Source of the DNA: an uncultured Verrucomicrobiae bacterium
GTDB lineage: Bacteria; Verrucomicrobiota; Verrucomicrobiia; Limisphaerales; Palsa-1400
DNA length: 64,000 nucleotides
Assembly: GCA_963764165.1 (NCBI GenBank)
Contig: CAVXRD010000002.1
Coordinates: 96,001-160,000, forward strand
Reading direction: 5' to 3'
Shown here piece after piece: positions 9,714 through 18,841 of the stretch. The notes under the pieces are model-generated. The model ran no database searches. It worked only from the letters and a program-made list of their open reading frames with translations, and was not told the DNA's origin. The translations under genes and the position numbers were made by a program. Position 1 is the stretch's first letter, and each line of letters begins with the position of its first letter.

Positions 9714-10536
9714 GGGCCTGTTAACACTAATTGACATTTTATAGGCGACAAGGCAAAATGGCTGGGTGGAGCTTACAGAGAGTCAATATCAGCGGGTTGC
9801 TGATTGTCTGCCGCGGCAGCGCGGCAACGTGAGCATGACCAATCTGCAACTTCTCAACGCCCTGCTCTATGTGGTGGAGCATGGGTGCAAATGGCGCGGC
9901 CTGCCAAAACATTTTGGCAACTGGCATACGATCTACACCCGCATGAACCGCTGGAGCAAAGCGGGCGTGCTGGATCGAGTCTTCGCCCGGCTCCAGCAGG
10001 AGCAAATCCTGGCGATCCGGATCGAGCAAGTCTGCTTGGACAGCACGACGATCAAGGTTCACCCCGACGGCACCGGGGCGCTAAAAAAAACGGCCCACAG
10101 GCCATCGGGCGCTCCCGAGGCGGTTGCACCACCAAAATTCATCTGGTTGCCGCGAATGCCCAGTGCGCCTTAATGCTCAAGCTTTCCCCCGGCCAGGCGG
10201 GGGACGCGCCGCAAGGACGCGAGCTTTTGCAGGCGGGCGGGCCGGTTCCGGCAGGGCTTCCACTCATCATGGACAGCGCCTATGAAGGGGACGAGACTCT
10301 GCAACAGGCGCGGGAATTGGGCTACGCTCCAGTGGTTCCTCCTAACCCCCGACGCTTAAATCCGTGGGAGTATGACCAAACCCTTTACCGACGCCGCAAT
10401 GAGATTGAACGGCTTTTTCGCCGACTCAAAAGCTACCGCCGAGTCTTCAGTCGCTTCGACAAATTGGATGCGTTGTACTCCGGATTCGTCGTCCTCGCGC
10501 TCATCGTGGAGGCGTTACGTTAGTGTTAACAGGCCC
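9714..10536 (+). mobile_element. IS5-family (IS427-group-like) insertion sequence, 823 bp
   Basis: Perfect 17-bp terminal IRs GGGCCTGTTAACACTAA (9714-9730 and 10520-10536). TA on both flanks (9712-13, 10537-38). Confidence 0.93.
9766..10523 (+). CDS. IS5-family DDE transposase, two overlapping ORFs joined by a -1 frameshift
   Basis: OrfA (9766-10173) has GCKWRGLP..FGNWHTIY and LDST. OrfB has GRSRGG.TTKIH, DSAY, YRRRNEIERLF. An A8 run lies at 10083-10090. Confidence 0.9.
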
Positions 10537-10753
10537 TAACCCGACGACCGCAATCAACCCAACAAAGGACCCTCGAAGGGAAAACCCCATGTTCATTGGA
10601 CTCTTATACACTCCATAAAAATGGAGTCAACTCTTACGCACCACCTCACCGCCGGGATTATTGAGACGGCATCCATCCCGCCGATCTCCGGCTGACCGGG
10701 CGCCATTCTTCGGTTGGAGTTGACTTAGTTTTTGGATACTGCACTATGTTACT

Positions 10754-11566
10754 ATGGATTATTTGTCCAAACTGGAGAATCAGAGCATATATATTTTGCG
10801 GGAAGCGTTTAACAAATTTGACCATCTCGCTATGCTTTGGAGCATCGGCAAGGATTCGACTGTGATGCTTTGGCTGGCCCGAAAAGCATTTTTGGGCCAC
10901 GTCCCCTTTCCGCTCGTCCATGTTGATACCAGCTACAAAATCCCAAGCATGATCGAGTATCGCGATCAATTGGTGAAGAACTGGGGTCTTCAGTTGGTGG
11001 TTGGAAAAAATGAGGAAGTGCTCGCGCAAGGACAGACCTATCCGAACGGCAAAGCCACCCGCGTCGAATGCTGCAGCGCGCTGAAAATCGGCGCCCTCCG
11101 GGCGGTGCTCGACAAGCATCATTACACCGGCGTCATCGCCGGCGTGCGGCGCGACGAGGAGCCGACCCGCGCCAAGGAGCGTTATTTCAGCCCGCGGGAC
11201 AAGAACATGGATTGGAATGTCGAAGACCAGCCGCCGGAGCTTTGGGACCAGTTCAAAACGGACTTTGAAAAGGGCGCGCACATTCGCATCCATCCGCTGC
11301 TGCATTGGACGGAGCTGAACATCTGGGAATACATCGAGCGCGAAAAAATCCCGGTCATTCCGCTTTATTTCGACAACGGCAAAGGCGAGCGCTTTCGCAG
11401 CATTGGCTGCGCGCCATGCACCTTTCCGATCAAATCCAAGGCGCGGACGGTGGCGGAAATCATCGAGGAATTGCGCCACACCAAAACCGCCGAGCGCTCG
11501 GGCCGGGCCCAGGACAAGGAAAGCGAAGACGCTTTCGAGAAATTGCGCCGCGACGGCTATATGTGA
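10754..11566 (+). CDS. cysD: Sulfate adenylyltransferase subunit 2
   Basis: [49 protein letters not shown]. Confidence 0.95.
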   Translation: MDYLSKLENQSIYILREAFNKFDHLAMLWSIGKDSTVMLWLARKAFLGHVPFPLVHVDTSYKIPSMIEYRDQLVKNWGLQLVVGKNEEVLAQGQTYPNGKATRVECCSALKIGALRAVLDKHHYTGVIAGVRRDEEPTRAKERYFSPRDKNMDWNVEDQPPELWDQFKTDFEKGAHIRIHPLLHWTELNIWEYIEREKIPVIPLYFDNGKGERFRSIGCAPCTFPIKSKARTVAEIIEELRHTKTAERSGRAQDKESEDAFEKLRRDGYM

Positions 11567-11607
11567 TTGACATTCCCGCGCAACCCCTGACTTTCAAAGA
11601 ATCATCG

Positions 11608-13536
11608 ATGCATCCAAACGCAACCCAGGCTCCCAGCGAGCAGCTCAAAATCGTCATCGTCGGCCATGTTGACCATGGAAAATCCACCTTTGTCGGCCGC
11701 CTCCTGAATGACACCGGCTCGCTGCCGGAGGGAAAACTGGAGCAATTGGAGCAAATCGCCCAGCGGCGCGGAGTGCCCTTCGAGTGGGCCAATCTCATGG
11801 ACGCGCTTCAATCAGAGCGCGACCAGAACATCACCATCGACACGGCGCAAATCTGGTTCCAAACGCAGAAGCGCCAATACGTTATTATTGACGCTCCGGG
11901 GCACAAGGAATTCCTCAAAAACATGATCACCGGCGCGGCCCACGCGGAAGCCGCCCTGCTTCTCATTGACGCCAACGAAGGCGTCCAGGAGCAATCGCGC
12001 CGCCACGGCTATATGCTCAATTTGCTGGGCCTCCGGCAGATCGCGGTGCTTGTCAATAAAATGGATTTGCAGGGTTATTCCGAAAAGCGGTTCAATGAAA
12101 TTGAGGCGGCTTTTCGCGGATTTTTGCAGACCGTCGGCGTGGCTCCCACCTGCTTCATCCCCATTGCGGCCAGGCACGGCGACAACATCGCCGCGCCCAG
12201 CGCAAAAATGCCGTGGTGGAAAGGGCCAACCGTGCTTGCGATGCTCGATCAATTCGAGCCAGCCCAGCCGCCGACCGGGCAGCCGCTCCGTTTTCCCATT
12301 CAGGACGTCTACCGGTTCGACGACCGCCGCATTCTGGCGGGCCGCGTCGAAGCCGGAAGAATCAAAGTGGGCGATCATCTCGTTTTTTCGCCGACGAACA
12401 AAGTCAGCACTGTCAAGACGATTGAGCGTTGGAATGCCCCACCATCGGATTTCGCCGAAGCAGGCGAATCGATTGGGCTGACACTGACCGAACAGGTCTT
12501 CGTCGAACGAGGGTCGGTGGCGGCGCTGGAGACGGATCCGCCGTATGAATTGGCGCGATTCAAGGCGCGCTTGTTTTGGCTCGGCCGCTCCCCGATGGTG
12601 CCGCAAAAAGCTTACAAAATCAAACTGGCCACCCAGGAGGCCGAATGCAAAATCGAGAGCATCGAGCGCGTGATTGATTCGTCCACCCTCGAGACATTGA
12701 CGAGGGCCGAACCGCAAGTGGGCCGCAACGAAGTGGCGGAATTGATTCTGCACACGAAGCGCCCGATTGCCTTCGACACCCACGCCGACATTATCGCCAC
12801 CGGGCGATTTGTTATTGTTGACGGTCTGGAAGTGGCGGGCGGCGGCATCATTATTCAGGACAATTACCCGCGCCGCACGTCCGACAGTTCCCAGAAAAGC
12901 CACAACATTTATTGGAGCCACGGCAAAGTCACCACGGTGCAGCGCGAGTTGCGCAACGGGCATCCAGGAAGGGTCGTATGGTTGACAGGGCTTTCGGCCT
13001 CCGGCAAATCGACCATCGCGGTGGAACTGGAGCGCGAATTGTTCAACATGGGACGGCATGTTTACGTGCTCGACGGCGACAATATCCGCCATGGCCTCGG
13101 CTCCGACCTCGGCTTTTCCGCCAGCGACCGCAAAGAGAATATCCGCCGTGTGGGTGAAGCCGCGCGCTTGTTTGCGGACGCGGGCGTGGTCTGCATCACC
13201 GCCTTTATTTCGCCGTATCGGGCAGATCGCGACATGGTTCGACGTCTGATGCCGGCGGGGACATTTATTGAAGTGTTCGTAAACGCGCCCGTTGAAGTTT
13301 GCGAGAAGCGCGACCCCAAAGGGCTTTACGCCAAGGCGCGGGCGAACGTCATCAAGGATTTCACGGGAGTTTCCGCACCTTATGAAGCGCCTCATGCGCC
13401 GGAGATACAATTGCCGACCGATAAAATGACCGTCGCGGAATCGGTGGCCACGATCATCGAATATCTAAATGATCAAACGGCCAAACTCGTCGCCACTGAG
13501 GTTCCACATGACACCTGGGCGGGCGCGGATATTTAG
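11608..13536 (+). CDS. cysNC: Bifunctional sulfate adenylyltransferase subunit 1 / APS kinase
   Basis: GTPase motifs GHVDHGKST, DAPGH, NKMD. APS kinase motifs WLTGLSASGKST, LDGDNIRHGL, RDPKGLY. Start placed at ATG 11608. Confidence 0.95.
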   Translation: MHPNATQAPSEQLKIVIVGHVDHGKSTFVGRLLNDTGSLPEGKLEQLEQIAQRRGVPFEWANLMDALQSERDQNITIDTAQIWFQTQKRQYVIIDAPGHKEFLKNMITGAAHAEAALLLIDANEGVQEQSRRHGYMLNLLGLRQIAVLVNKMDLQGYSEKRFNEIEAAFRGFLQTVGVAPTCFIPIAARHGDNIAAPSAKMPWWKGPTVLAMLDQFEPAQPPTGQPLRFPIQDVYRFDDRRILAGRVEAGRIKVGDHLVFSPTNKVSTVKTIERWNAPPSDFAEAGESIGLTLTEQVFVERGSVAALETDPPYELARFKARLFWLGRSPMVPQKAYKIKLATQEAECKIESIERVIDSSTLETLTRAEPQVGRNEVAELILHTKRPIAFDTHADIIATGRFVIVDGLEVAGGGIIIQDNYPRRTSDSSQKSHNIYWSHGKVTTVQRELRNGHPGRVVWLTGLSASGKSTIAVELERELFNMGRHVYVLDGDNIRHGLGSDLGFSASDRKENIRRVGEAARLFADAGVVCITAFISPYRADRDMVRRLMPAGTFIEVFVNAPVEVCEKRDPKGLYAKARANVIKDFTGVSAPYEAPHAPEIQLPTDKMTVAESVATIIEYLNDQTAKLVATEVPHDTWAGADI

Positions 13537-13940
13537 ACTGGGGGTTCCGTATGCCATTGCAAGCTCTTGATCGCCGGGTGACTCCTGAGAATGATGTCAA
13601 GCGCATGGCTGACCTTTTCAATATCGGCCACGGTATTCACCTTCTTAAAGAGGCCTCTCCGAATCTCGGGTTTCGATGGGTCAATAAAGCAAAGAAATCG
13701 CGTGCCGCCTGGGTCGATCTGATTCCCGCAGCCAATAAAAATGGGGAACGCTTCATTTTTCACCGGAATTTCCCATCCCCAATCCTCGGGATAAAACTCC
13801 CCAGTCTCTATCCCCTGCTCGGATAGCTTCGCGGCGATGAACTCAGCCAGCCTTTTGCCCCAGATATTGGGATTCACCTCTTCGTCTTCGCCGGGGTAAG
13901 GCGGGAAGGCATCCGAATCGAATTCCACTTTCGTTCGCAT
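13533..13940 (-). CDS. Hypothetical protein
   Basis: 135-aa ORF (NPNIWGKRLA, EDWGW) downstream of and co-oriented with the Rrf2 gene. Confidence 0.7.
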   Translation of the reverse strand: MRTKVEFDSDAFPPYPGEDEEVNPNIWGKRLAEFIAAKLSEQGIETGEFYPEDWGWEIPVKNEAFPIFIGCGNQIDPGGTRFLCFIDPSKPEIRRGLFKKVNTVADIEKVSHALDIILRSHPAIKSLQWHTEPPV

Positions 13941-13973
13941 ATTCGCGATCGGAAAAATTAAATTCTGAGCTTG

Positions 13974-14435
13974 TCAAATAATGTAATCGAGGGCGGCGGA
14001 TGGCGCTTGTTCCAATTCGACGGCACGCTCGCACATATCCGCAAGTGTCGTGTGGTCCATGATGTCGACCACGGCGGTGCGGACGTCTTTCATCACGGAA
14101 CGAATTGGGCAGCGCGCCTCGTCCGGGCAAGTGCAGCGCTCGTAAAAGCGGTCGCTCACGCAACTTACCGGCGCCAGCGCTCCCTCAATATGGCGCACGA
14201 CGGAGCCCAAAGTAATATGCTGCGGAGGCCGGGCCAGCCGGTACCCGCCCGATGCTCCTCTGCGGCTCTCGACCGCGCCCAGCGACTTCAGGTCGTTGAG
14301 AATTTGCTCAAGGAATTTCTTGGGGATGTTTTGCTGGTCGGAAATCGTTTGGATGCGCACGACATTCTCCCCATAGTGCCGCCCCAACACGAGCAATGCC
14401 CTTAACGCATATTCCCCGCGAACGGAAAGCTTCAT
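13974..14435 (-). CDS. Rrf2-family transcriptional regulator (CymR/IscR-like)
   Basis: MKLSVRGEYALRAL, FLEQIL, SRRGASGGYRLAR, Cys residues in CVS..CTCP..CPI. Upstream TTGACA-16-TAGTTT. Confidence 0.93.
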   Translation of the reverse strand: MKLSVRGEYALRALLVLGRHYGENVVRIQTISDQQNIPKKFLEQILNDLKSLGAVESRRGASGGYRLARPPQHITLGSVVRHIEGALAPVSCVSDRFYERCTCPDEARCPIRSVMKDVRTAVVDIMDHTTLADMCERAVELEQAPSAALDYII

Positions 14436-14642
14436 TTCAGGCGCAAACTATCATTTCGATTCCCATTGTCAAGATTTGGGAGTGCAAGTCGAGGGAGCGC
14501 CCGCGCCTCGCATGCAGACAATCGGCACCCTCGCCGATTGCCTCAGAAGATGGGGCTGGCGAGAGTGCCAACCACGACTCGCCAGGGCGCGTGGGCTTCC
14601 CCGATGAGGTTCAAGAAAATCGCTCTTTGCGCGCAATCTCTA

Positions 14643-14670
14643 TTGACATTATAGGGTTTAATCGTAGGCT
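14643..14670 (+). promoter_or_regulatory. sigma70-type promoter of sbp-cysTWA
   Basis: TTGACA-16 bp-TAGGCT, 8 nt before GTG 14679. Confidence 0.55.
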
Positions 14671-14678
14671 TTCACGGA

Positions 14679-15728
14679 GTGAAAATGGGCGTGCTTACTT
14701 TGGCCAAAGCGGTGTTATCGAGCGTAATCCGCTGCGTAGCCATGTTTGTATTCTGCCTGCTAGGAATATTCGACACGCAGGCCGGGCAATCCATCTCCCT
14801 CTTGAACGTTTCCTACGATCCAACTCGCGAATTTTACCAGGAGGTCGATGCCGCCTTTAGCAAGGCGTGGAAAGCGAAGACGGGAGATGCCGTGGCAATT
14901 GGCTTGTCGAACGGCGGTTCTGGCAAACAAGCGCGCGCCGTCATCGATGGGCAACAGGCGGATGTTGTCACTCTGGCGCTCGCATCGGACATTGATGCGA
15001 TCCATGATAAGGCCGGCTTGCTTCCCTCAGACTGGCAAAAAAGGCTGCCGAATAATAGCTGCCCGTATTCTTCCACGATCGTTTTTCTTGAGCGCGAGGG
15101 TGGTCGCGTGCATGTCACGAATTGGGATGCGCTGGCGCGCCCCGGCGTCAGCGTCATTATTCCAAATCCGAAAACTTCCGGCGGCGCACGCTGGATTTAT
15201 CTCGCGGCGTATGGCTGGTCACTCCGCCAAAATCACGGCGATCACCAAGCTGCGCGCAAATTTGTGGAGCAGCTATTCCGCAACGTGCCGGTTATGGACG
15301 AAGGCGCGCGCGGCTCAGCGACAACCTTCGTAAACCGCGGGATCGGCGATGTTTTAGTGGCGTGGGAGAACGAGGCGTTGCTGGTAGTCAATGGACTTGG
15401 AAAAGGGAAATTTGAAATCGTCTACCCGCCGGAAAGCATCCGCACCGAACCGCCTGTGGCGTGGGTGGATAAAAATGTGGATGCTCACGGAACGCGGGCA
15501 GTCGCCGAAGAATATCTGCGTTTTCTTTACACGCCCGACGCGCAGGAAATGGCGGCTCGCCATTATTTTCGGCCGAGCCTCGAATCCGTCGCCAAGAGCC
15601 ACGCCGCGGAATTTCCGCCAGTGAAAATGTTCACCATCGAGGAAATGTTCGGAAGCTGGCGCGAAGCGCAGAAAACCCATTTTGATGAAGGAGGGATCTT
15701 TGACCAGATCGCCCGCAGCCGGCGCTGA
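14679..15728 (+). CDS. sbp: Sulfate ABC transporter substrate-binding protein
   Basis: LLNVSYDPTREFY, GGSGKQARAVIDG, PNPKTSGGARW, GDVLVAWENEA, signal peptide. Confidence 0.95.
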   Translation: MKMGVLTLAKAVLSSVIRCVAMFVFCLLGIFDTQAGQSISLLNVSYDPTREFYQEVDAAFSKAWKAKTGDAVAIGLSNGGSGKQARAVIDGQQADVVTLALASDIDAIHDKAGLLPSDWQKRLPNNSCPYSSTIVFLEREGGRVHVTNWDALARPGVSVIIPNPKTSGGARWIYLAAYGWSLRQNHGDHQAARKFVEQLFRNVPVMDEGARGSATTFVNRGIGDVLVAWENEALLVVNGLGKGKFEIVYPPESIRTEPPVAWVDKNVDAHGTRAVAEEYLRFLYTPDAQEMAARHYFRPSLESVAKSHAAEFPPVKMFTIEEMFGSWREAQKTHFDEGGIFDQIARSRR

Positions 15729-15733
15729 AAAGG

Positions 15734-15810
15734 GTAGGGACGCCTCGCTGAGGCGTCCGGTTGCGCGTGAATCGAGCCTCACCCCGGACGCCTCGGCGAG
15801 GCGTCCCTAC
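15734..15810. repeat. REPIN-like element: two inverted GTAG-type REP palindromes (copy 1)
   Basis: GTAGGGACGCCTCGCTGAGGCGTCC...GGACGCCTCGGCGAGGCGTCCCTAC between sbp and cysT. Confidence 0.85.
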
Positions 15811-15829
15811 CTGTCTTCGTGAATTAGGC

Positions 15830-16684
15830 ATGGCCTCTCTTTCCCAACGCGCCGGCATTCGCGCCACTCCGACAAATCCCCTCCCCGGATTCTCGATCAC
15901 GCTGGGTTTCACAATTATTTATTTGACAATAATCGTGCTTGTCCCGATTGGCGCGCTGGCGCTCAAGGCACTGAGCCTGTCGTGGAAGGAGCTTTGGGAA
16001 TTGGCCACCAACGAACGCGCCATGGCTGCGTATCGGCTGAGCCTCGGCGCGTCGCTGGCGGCGGCGTTGATCAACGCTGTTTTCGGAACGCTCTTGGCCT
16101 GGGTGATTGTGCGTTACCGCTTTCTGGGCCGCCGCATTCTCGATGGTTTGATCGATTTCCCTTTTGCGCTGCCAACCGCCGTCGCCGGTTTGACGCTTGC
16201 AAACTTATTCTCTGATCACGGGTGGCTCGGGCAATTCCTCGTTCCCGCTGGTTTGCACGGGGCATTTTCGCGACTCGGCGTGGTCATTGCGCTGACGTTT
16301 GTCGGCCTGCCTTTTTCCGTTCGCACCATCCAGCCGGAAATCGAAACACTCGACCCGGCGGTGGACGAAGCCGCCATGTGTCTTGGCGCAGGTGCGTGGA
16401 AACGGTTTGTCTCCATCACCGCGCCAACGCTGCTGCCTTCTGTGCTTGCGGGTTTCGGATTGTCGTTCGCGCGCGCGCTGGGCGAATACGGCTCGATTGT
16501 TTTCATTTCCGGCAACCTGCCCTTCCAAACCGAAATCGCGCCGACGCTGGTCGTGATGCGCCTTGATCAATTCGATTACACCGGGGCAATTTCCGTCGCG
16601 GTAGTGCTAATGATTTTTTCGTTTGCATTATTATTGACGCTTAACCTGCTGCAAGGCTGGGCCGCGCGATATCAAGAGCCGTAA
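15830..16684 (+). CDS. cysT: Sulfate ABC transporter permease CysT
   Basis: DFPFALPTAVAG, FARALGEYGSIVFISGNLP. Start placed at ATG 15830, after the repeat. Confidence 0.93.
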   Translation: MASLSQRAGIRATPTNPLPGFSITLGFTIIYLTIIVLVPIGALALKALSLSWKELWELATNERAMAAYRLSLGASLAAALINAVFGTLLAWVIVRYRFLGRRILDGLIDFPFALPTAVAGLTLANLFSDHGWLGQFLVPAGLHGAFSRLGVVIALTFVGLPFSVRTIQPEIETLDPAVDEAAMCLGAGAWKRFVSITAPTLLPSVLAGFGLSFARALGEYGSIVFISGNLPFQTEIAPTLVVMRLDQFDYTGAISVAVVLMIFSFALLLTLNLLQGWAARYQEP

Positions 16685-16685
16685 A

Positions 16686-17525
16686 ATGAACGCAGAACAG
16701 ACCACACACGCATTGCCAGGCCGCACCAAGCCGTTCCAATGGCTGCTGATCGGCATTGCCCTGCTGTTCTCGTCCGTCTTCCTCGTGCTGCCGCTGGCTA
16801 ATGTCTTCGCGCAGGCATTGGTGGCAGGGCTTGGGCCTTATTGGAAGGCGCTTGCTGATCCAGACACGCTGTCATCCATACGCTTGACACTGCTGATTGC
16901 CGCGATCACCGTGCCGCTGAACGCCGTTTTCGGAATCGCCGCCTCGTGGGCCATTGCGAAATTTGAATTTCGGGGCAAAGCCTTTTTGTTGACGCTGATG
17001 GACCTGCCCTTCTCCATTTCGCCGGTGGTGGCGGGACTGATGTTTGTGCTGCTCTTCGGCTTGCACGGATATTTGGGGCACTGGCTGGAAGCGCATCATG
17101 TCACGATTATCTTCGCGCTGCCGGGCATGGTACTTGCGACAATCTTTGTCACTTTTCCTTACGTGGCTCGCGAATTGATCCCCATCATGCGCGCGCAGGG
17201 GCGCGAACAAGAGGAGGCAGCGCTCACACTGGGCGCGAGCGGCTGGAGGACATTCTGGCACGTCACACTGCCGTCGGTTCGGTGGGGATTGTTTTACGGA
17301 ATCGTCTTGTGCAATGCGCGGGCAATGGGCGAATTCGGCGCGGTCTCGGTCGTCTCGGGACACATCGCGGGCCAGACAGACACGCTGCCTCTGCGGGTGG
17401 AGAAATTGTATAACGAATTTGATCCAGTTGCGCCATTTGCCGTGGCAACACTTTTGGCCTTGCTGGCGGTGGCGACCATGATTCTCAAGGCGCTGCTGGA
17501 ATGGAAGACCCGCCGCGAAACCTGA
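16686..17525 (+). CDS. cysW: Sulfate ABC transporter permease CysW
   Basis: DLPFSISPVVAG, EEAALTLGA, ARAMGEFGAVSVVSGHI. Confidence 0.95.
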   Translation: MNAEQTTHALPGRTKPFQWLLIGIALLFSSVFLVLPLANVFAQALVAGLGPYWKALADPDTLSSIRLTLLIAAITVPLNAVFGIAASWAIAKFEFRGKAFLLTLMDLPFSISPVVAGLMFVLLFGLHGYLGHWLEAHHVTIIFALPGMVLATIFVTFPYVARELIPIMRAQGREQEEAALTLGASGWRTFWHVTLPSVRWGLFYGIVLCNARAMGEFGAVSVVSGHIAGQTDTLPLRVEKLYNEFDPVAPFAVATLLALLAVATMILKALLEWKTRRET

Positions 17526-17526
17526 C

Positions 17527-18630
17527 ATGAGCATTGAATTAAGAAACGTCAGCAAGAATTTCGGCCAGACCAAGGTTGTCGAGAATGTCAGCCTCAAGGT
17601 GCCGGAAGGCGCGCTCATCGCCCTGCTCGGCCCCAGCGGCAGCGGCAAGACGACGGTGCTGCGATTAATCGCCGGCTTGGAGACGCCGGGTGCAGGCGGC
17701 ATTTTTGTGCGCGGCGCGGAAGTCGACAAATTGCCGGCCCAAAAGCGCAACATCGGATTTGTTTTTCAAAGCTACGCGTTGTTCAAGCACATGAGCGTGC
17801 GCAAGAACATCGCCTTCGGCCTCAAAATCAAAAAATGGCCCGCCGCAAAAATCGAAGCGCGGGTGAATGAACTCACCGCCCTTCTCGATCTTAACAGCTT
17901 GCTTGACCGTTATCCTCATCAACTCTCCGGCGGCCAGCGCCAGCGGGTCGCCATCGGCCGTGCCCTCGCGCCCGGGCCGGATGTCCTTCTGCTTGACGAG
18001 CCATTTGCGGCCGTCGACGCGCAAATCCGGCAGGATTTGCGGCAATGGTTGGTGCGCGTTCACCGCGAACTAAAAGTGACCATCCTGTTCGTCACCCATG
18101 ACCAGGAAGAAGCAATGGAAGTGGCCGATCAAATCGTGATCTTCAATAAAGGCCGAGTTGAACAGATTGGCTCGCCACAGGAGGTTTATGAAAAACCGCA
18201 CAATGAATTTGTGGCCAGATTCGTGGGGGTGATGAACATTTTGGAATTGGAAGTGCGCAACGGCCTGGCGCGGCATGAGGAACTTGAGTTTCCCGCGCAC
18301 GGCGTGCCGGAGGGACAGAAAATGCGGATCGGCTTCCGCCCTTACGCGGTGCAGGTCTCAGCGGATGCGCTAGCCTACCGTTACCGCGCCATTTTGCGGC
18401 GCACCTATTTCCTCGGCGTCATGCTGCGGCTCGAGATGGAGCTTCCCAGTGGCTTGGTTCTGCGGTCGCGCATCAGCAAGGAGGATTACGCGCGGCTCAG
18501 CCTGAGGGATGGACAAACCGTGTCGTTCCAAATCCGAAACTATCGCATTCTCTCAAAAGAAGACGCCGCTCTCGGCGCGGAAGTGGCCGCCTCCCACGAA
18601 ATGCCAGCATATGTGGCGGAGGGAATTTAG
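17527..18630 (+). CDS. cysA: Sulfate ABC transporter ATP-binding protein
   Basis: GPSGSGKT, LSGGQRQR, LLLDEPF, VTHD, TOBE-like C-terminus. Confidence 0.95.
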   Translation: MSIELRNVSKNFGQTKVVENVSLKVPEGALIALLGPSGSGKTTVLRLIAGLETPGAGGIFVRGAEVDKLPAQKRNIGFVFQSYALFKHMSVRKNIAFGLKIKKWPAAKIEARVNELTALLDLNSLLDRYPHQLSGGQRQRVAIGRALAPGPDVLLLDEPFAAVDAQIRQDLRQWLVRVHRELKVTILFVTHDQEEAMEVADQIVIFNKGRVEQIGSPQEVYEKPHNEFVARFVGVMNILELEVRNGLARHEELEFPAHGVPEGQKMRIGFRPYAVQVSADALAYRYRAILRRTYFLGVMLRLEMELPSGLVLRSRISKEDYARLSLRDGQTVSFQIRNYRILSKEDAALGAEVAASHEMPAYVAEGI

Positions 18631-18841
18631 CCACAACCCGCCAAATCGGCACCGGCCGCTGCCCTTTAGGCGGAGCGCGACTGTGTCGAAGACCAGTCGC
18701 AGCACCTTGAACTGAAAGGCGCGCCGTTGGATTGTGGCGCGCTGCGGCTGATTCCTCGTCGCTTCGCTCCTCCGAACACAGCCGCGCCCAACGTGAGTCG
18801 GCGGCAACCTCATTTACGCATCACCAACTCTTGATCACAGC

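Larger units (their letters stand above)
8869..10596 (-). pseudogene. Secreted protein gene interrupted by an IS within its signal peptide
   Basis: Removing the IS and one TA restores the frame MNMGFSLRGSFVGLIAVVGLAHHAGA-RSLAVAHWINDAGLDAATVLNTNG..., which joins ATG 10596 to the 8869..9639 ORF. Confidence 0.85.

Noticed and set aside
11305..11607. 743-aa version of CysNC
   Set aside because: The extension overlaps cysD in another frame. Homology begins near ATG 11608.
11812..13410. Long antisense ORFs (532 aa here; also 26259-27494, 34344-35333, 60555-62006)
   Set aside because: Shadows of well-supported genes in GC-rich DNA, with no recognisable motifs.
10720..14670. Shared Rrf2 operator in the cysD, rrf2 and sbp promoters
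   Set aside because: All three have 16-bp spacers, but I could not see a common palindrome by eye.
15761..15829. N-terminal extensions containing PRTPRRGVP on cysT, GH32, ltaE and mscS ORFs
   Set aside because: These are translations of intergenic REPINs. Better starts lie downstream in each case.
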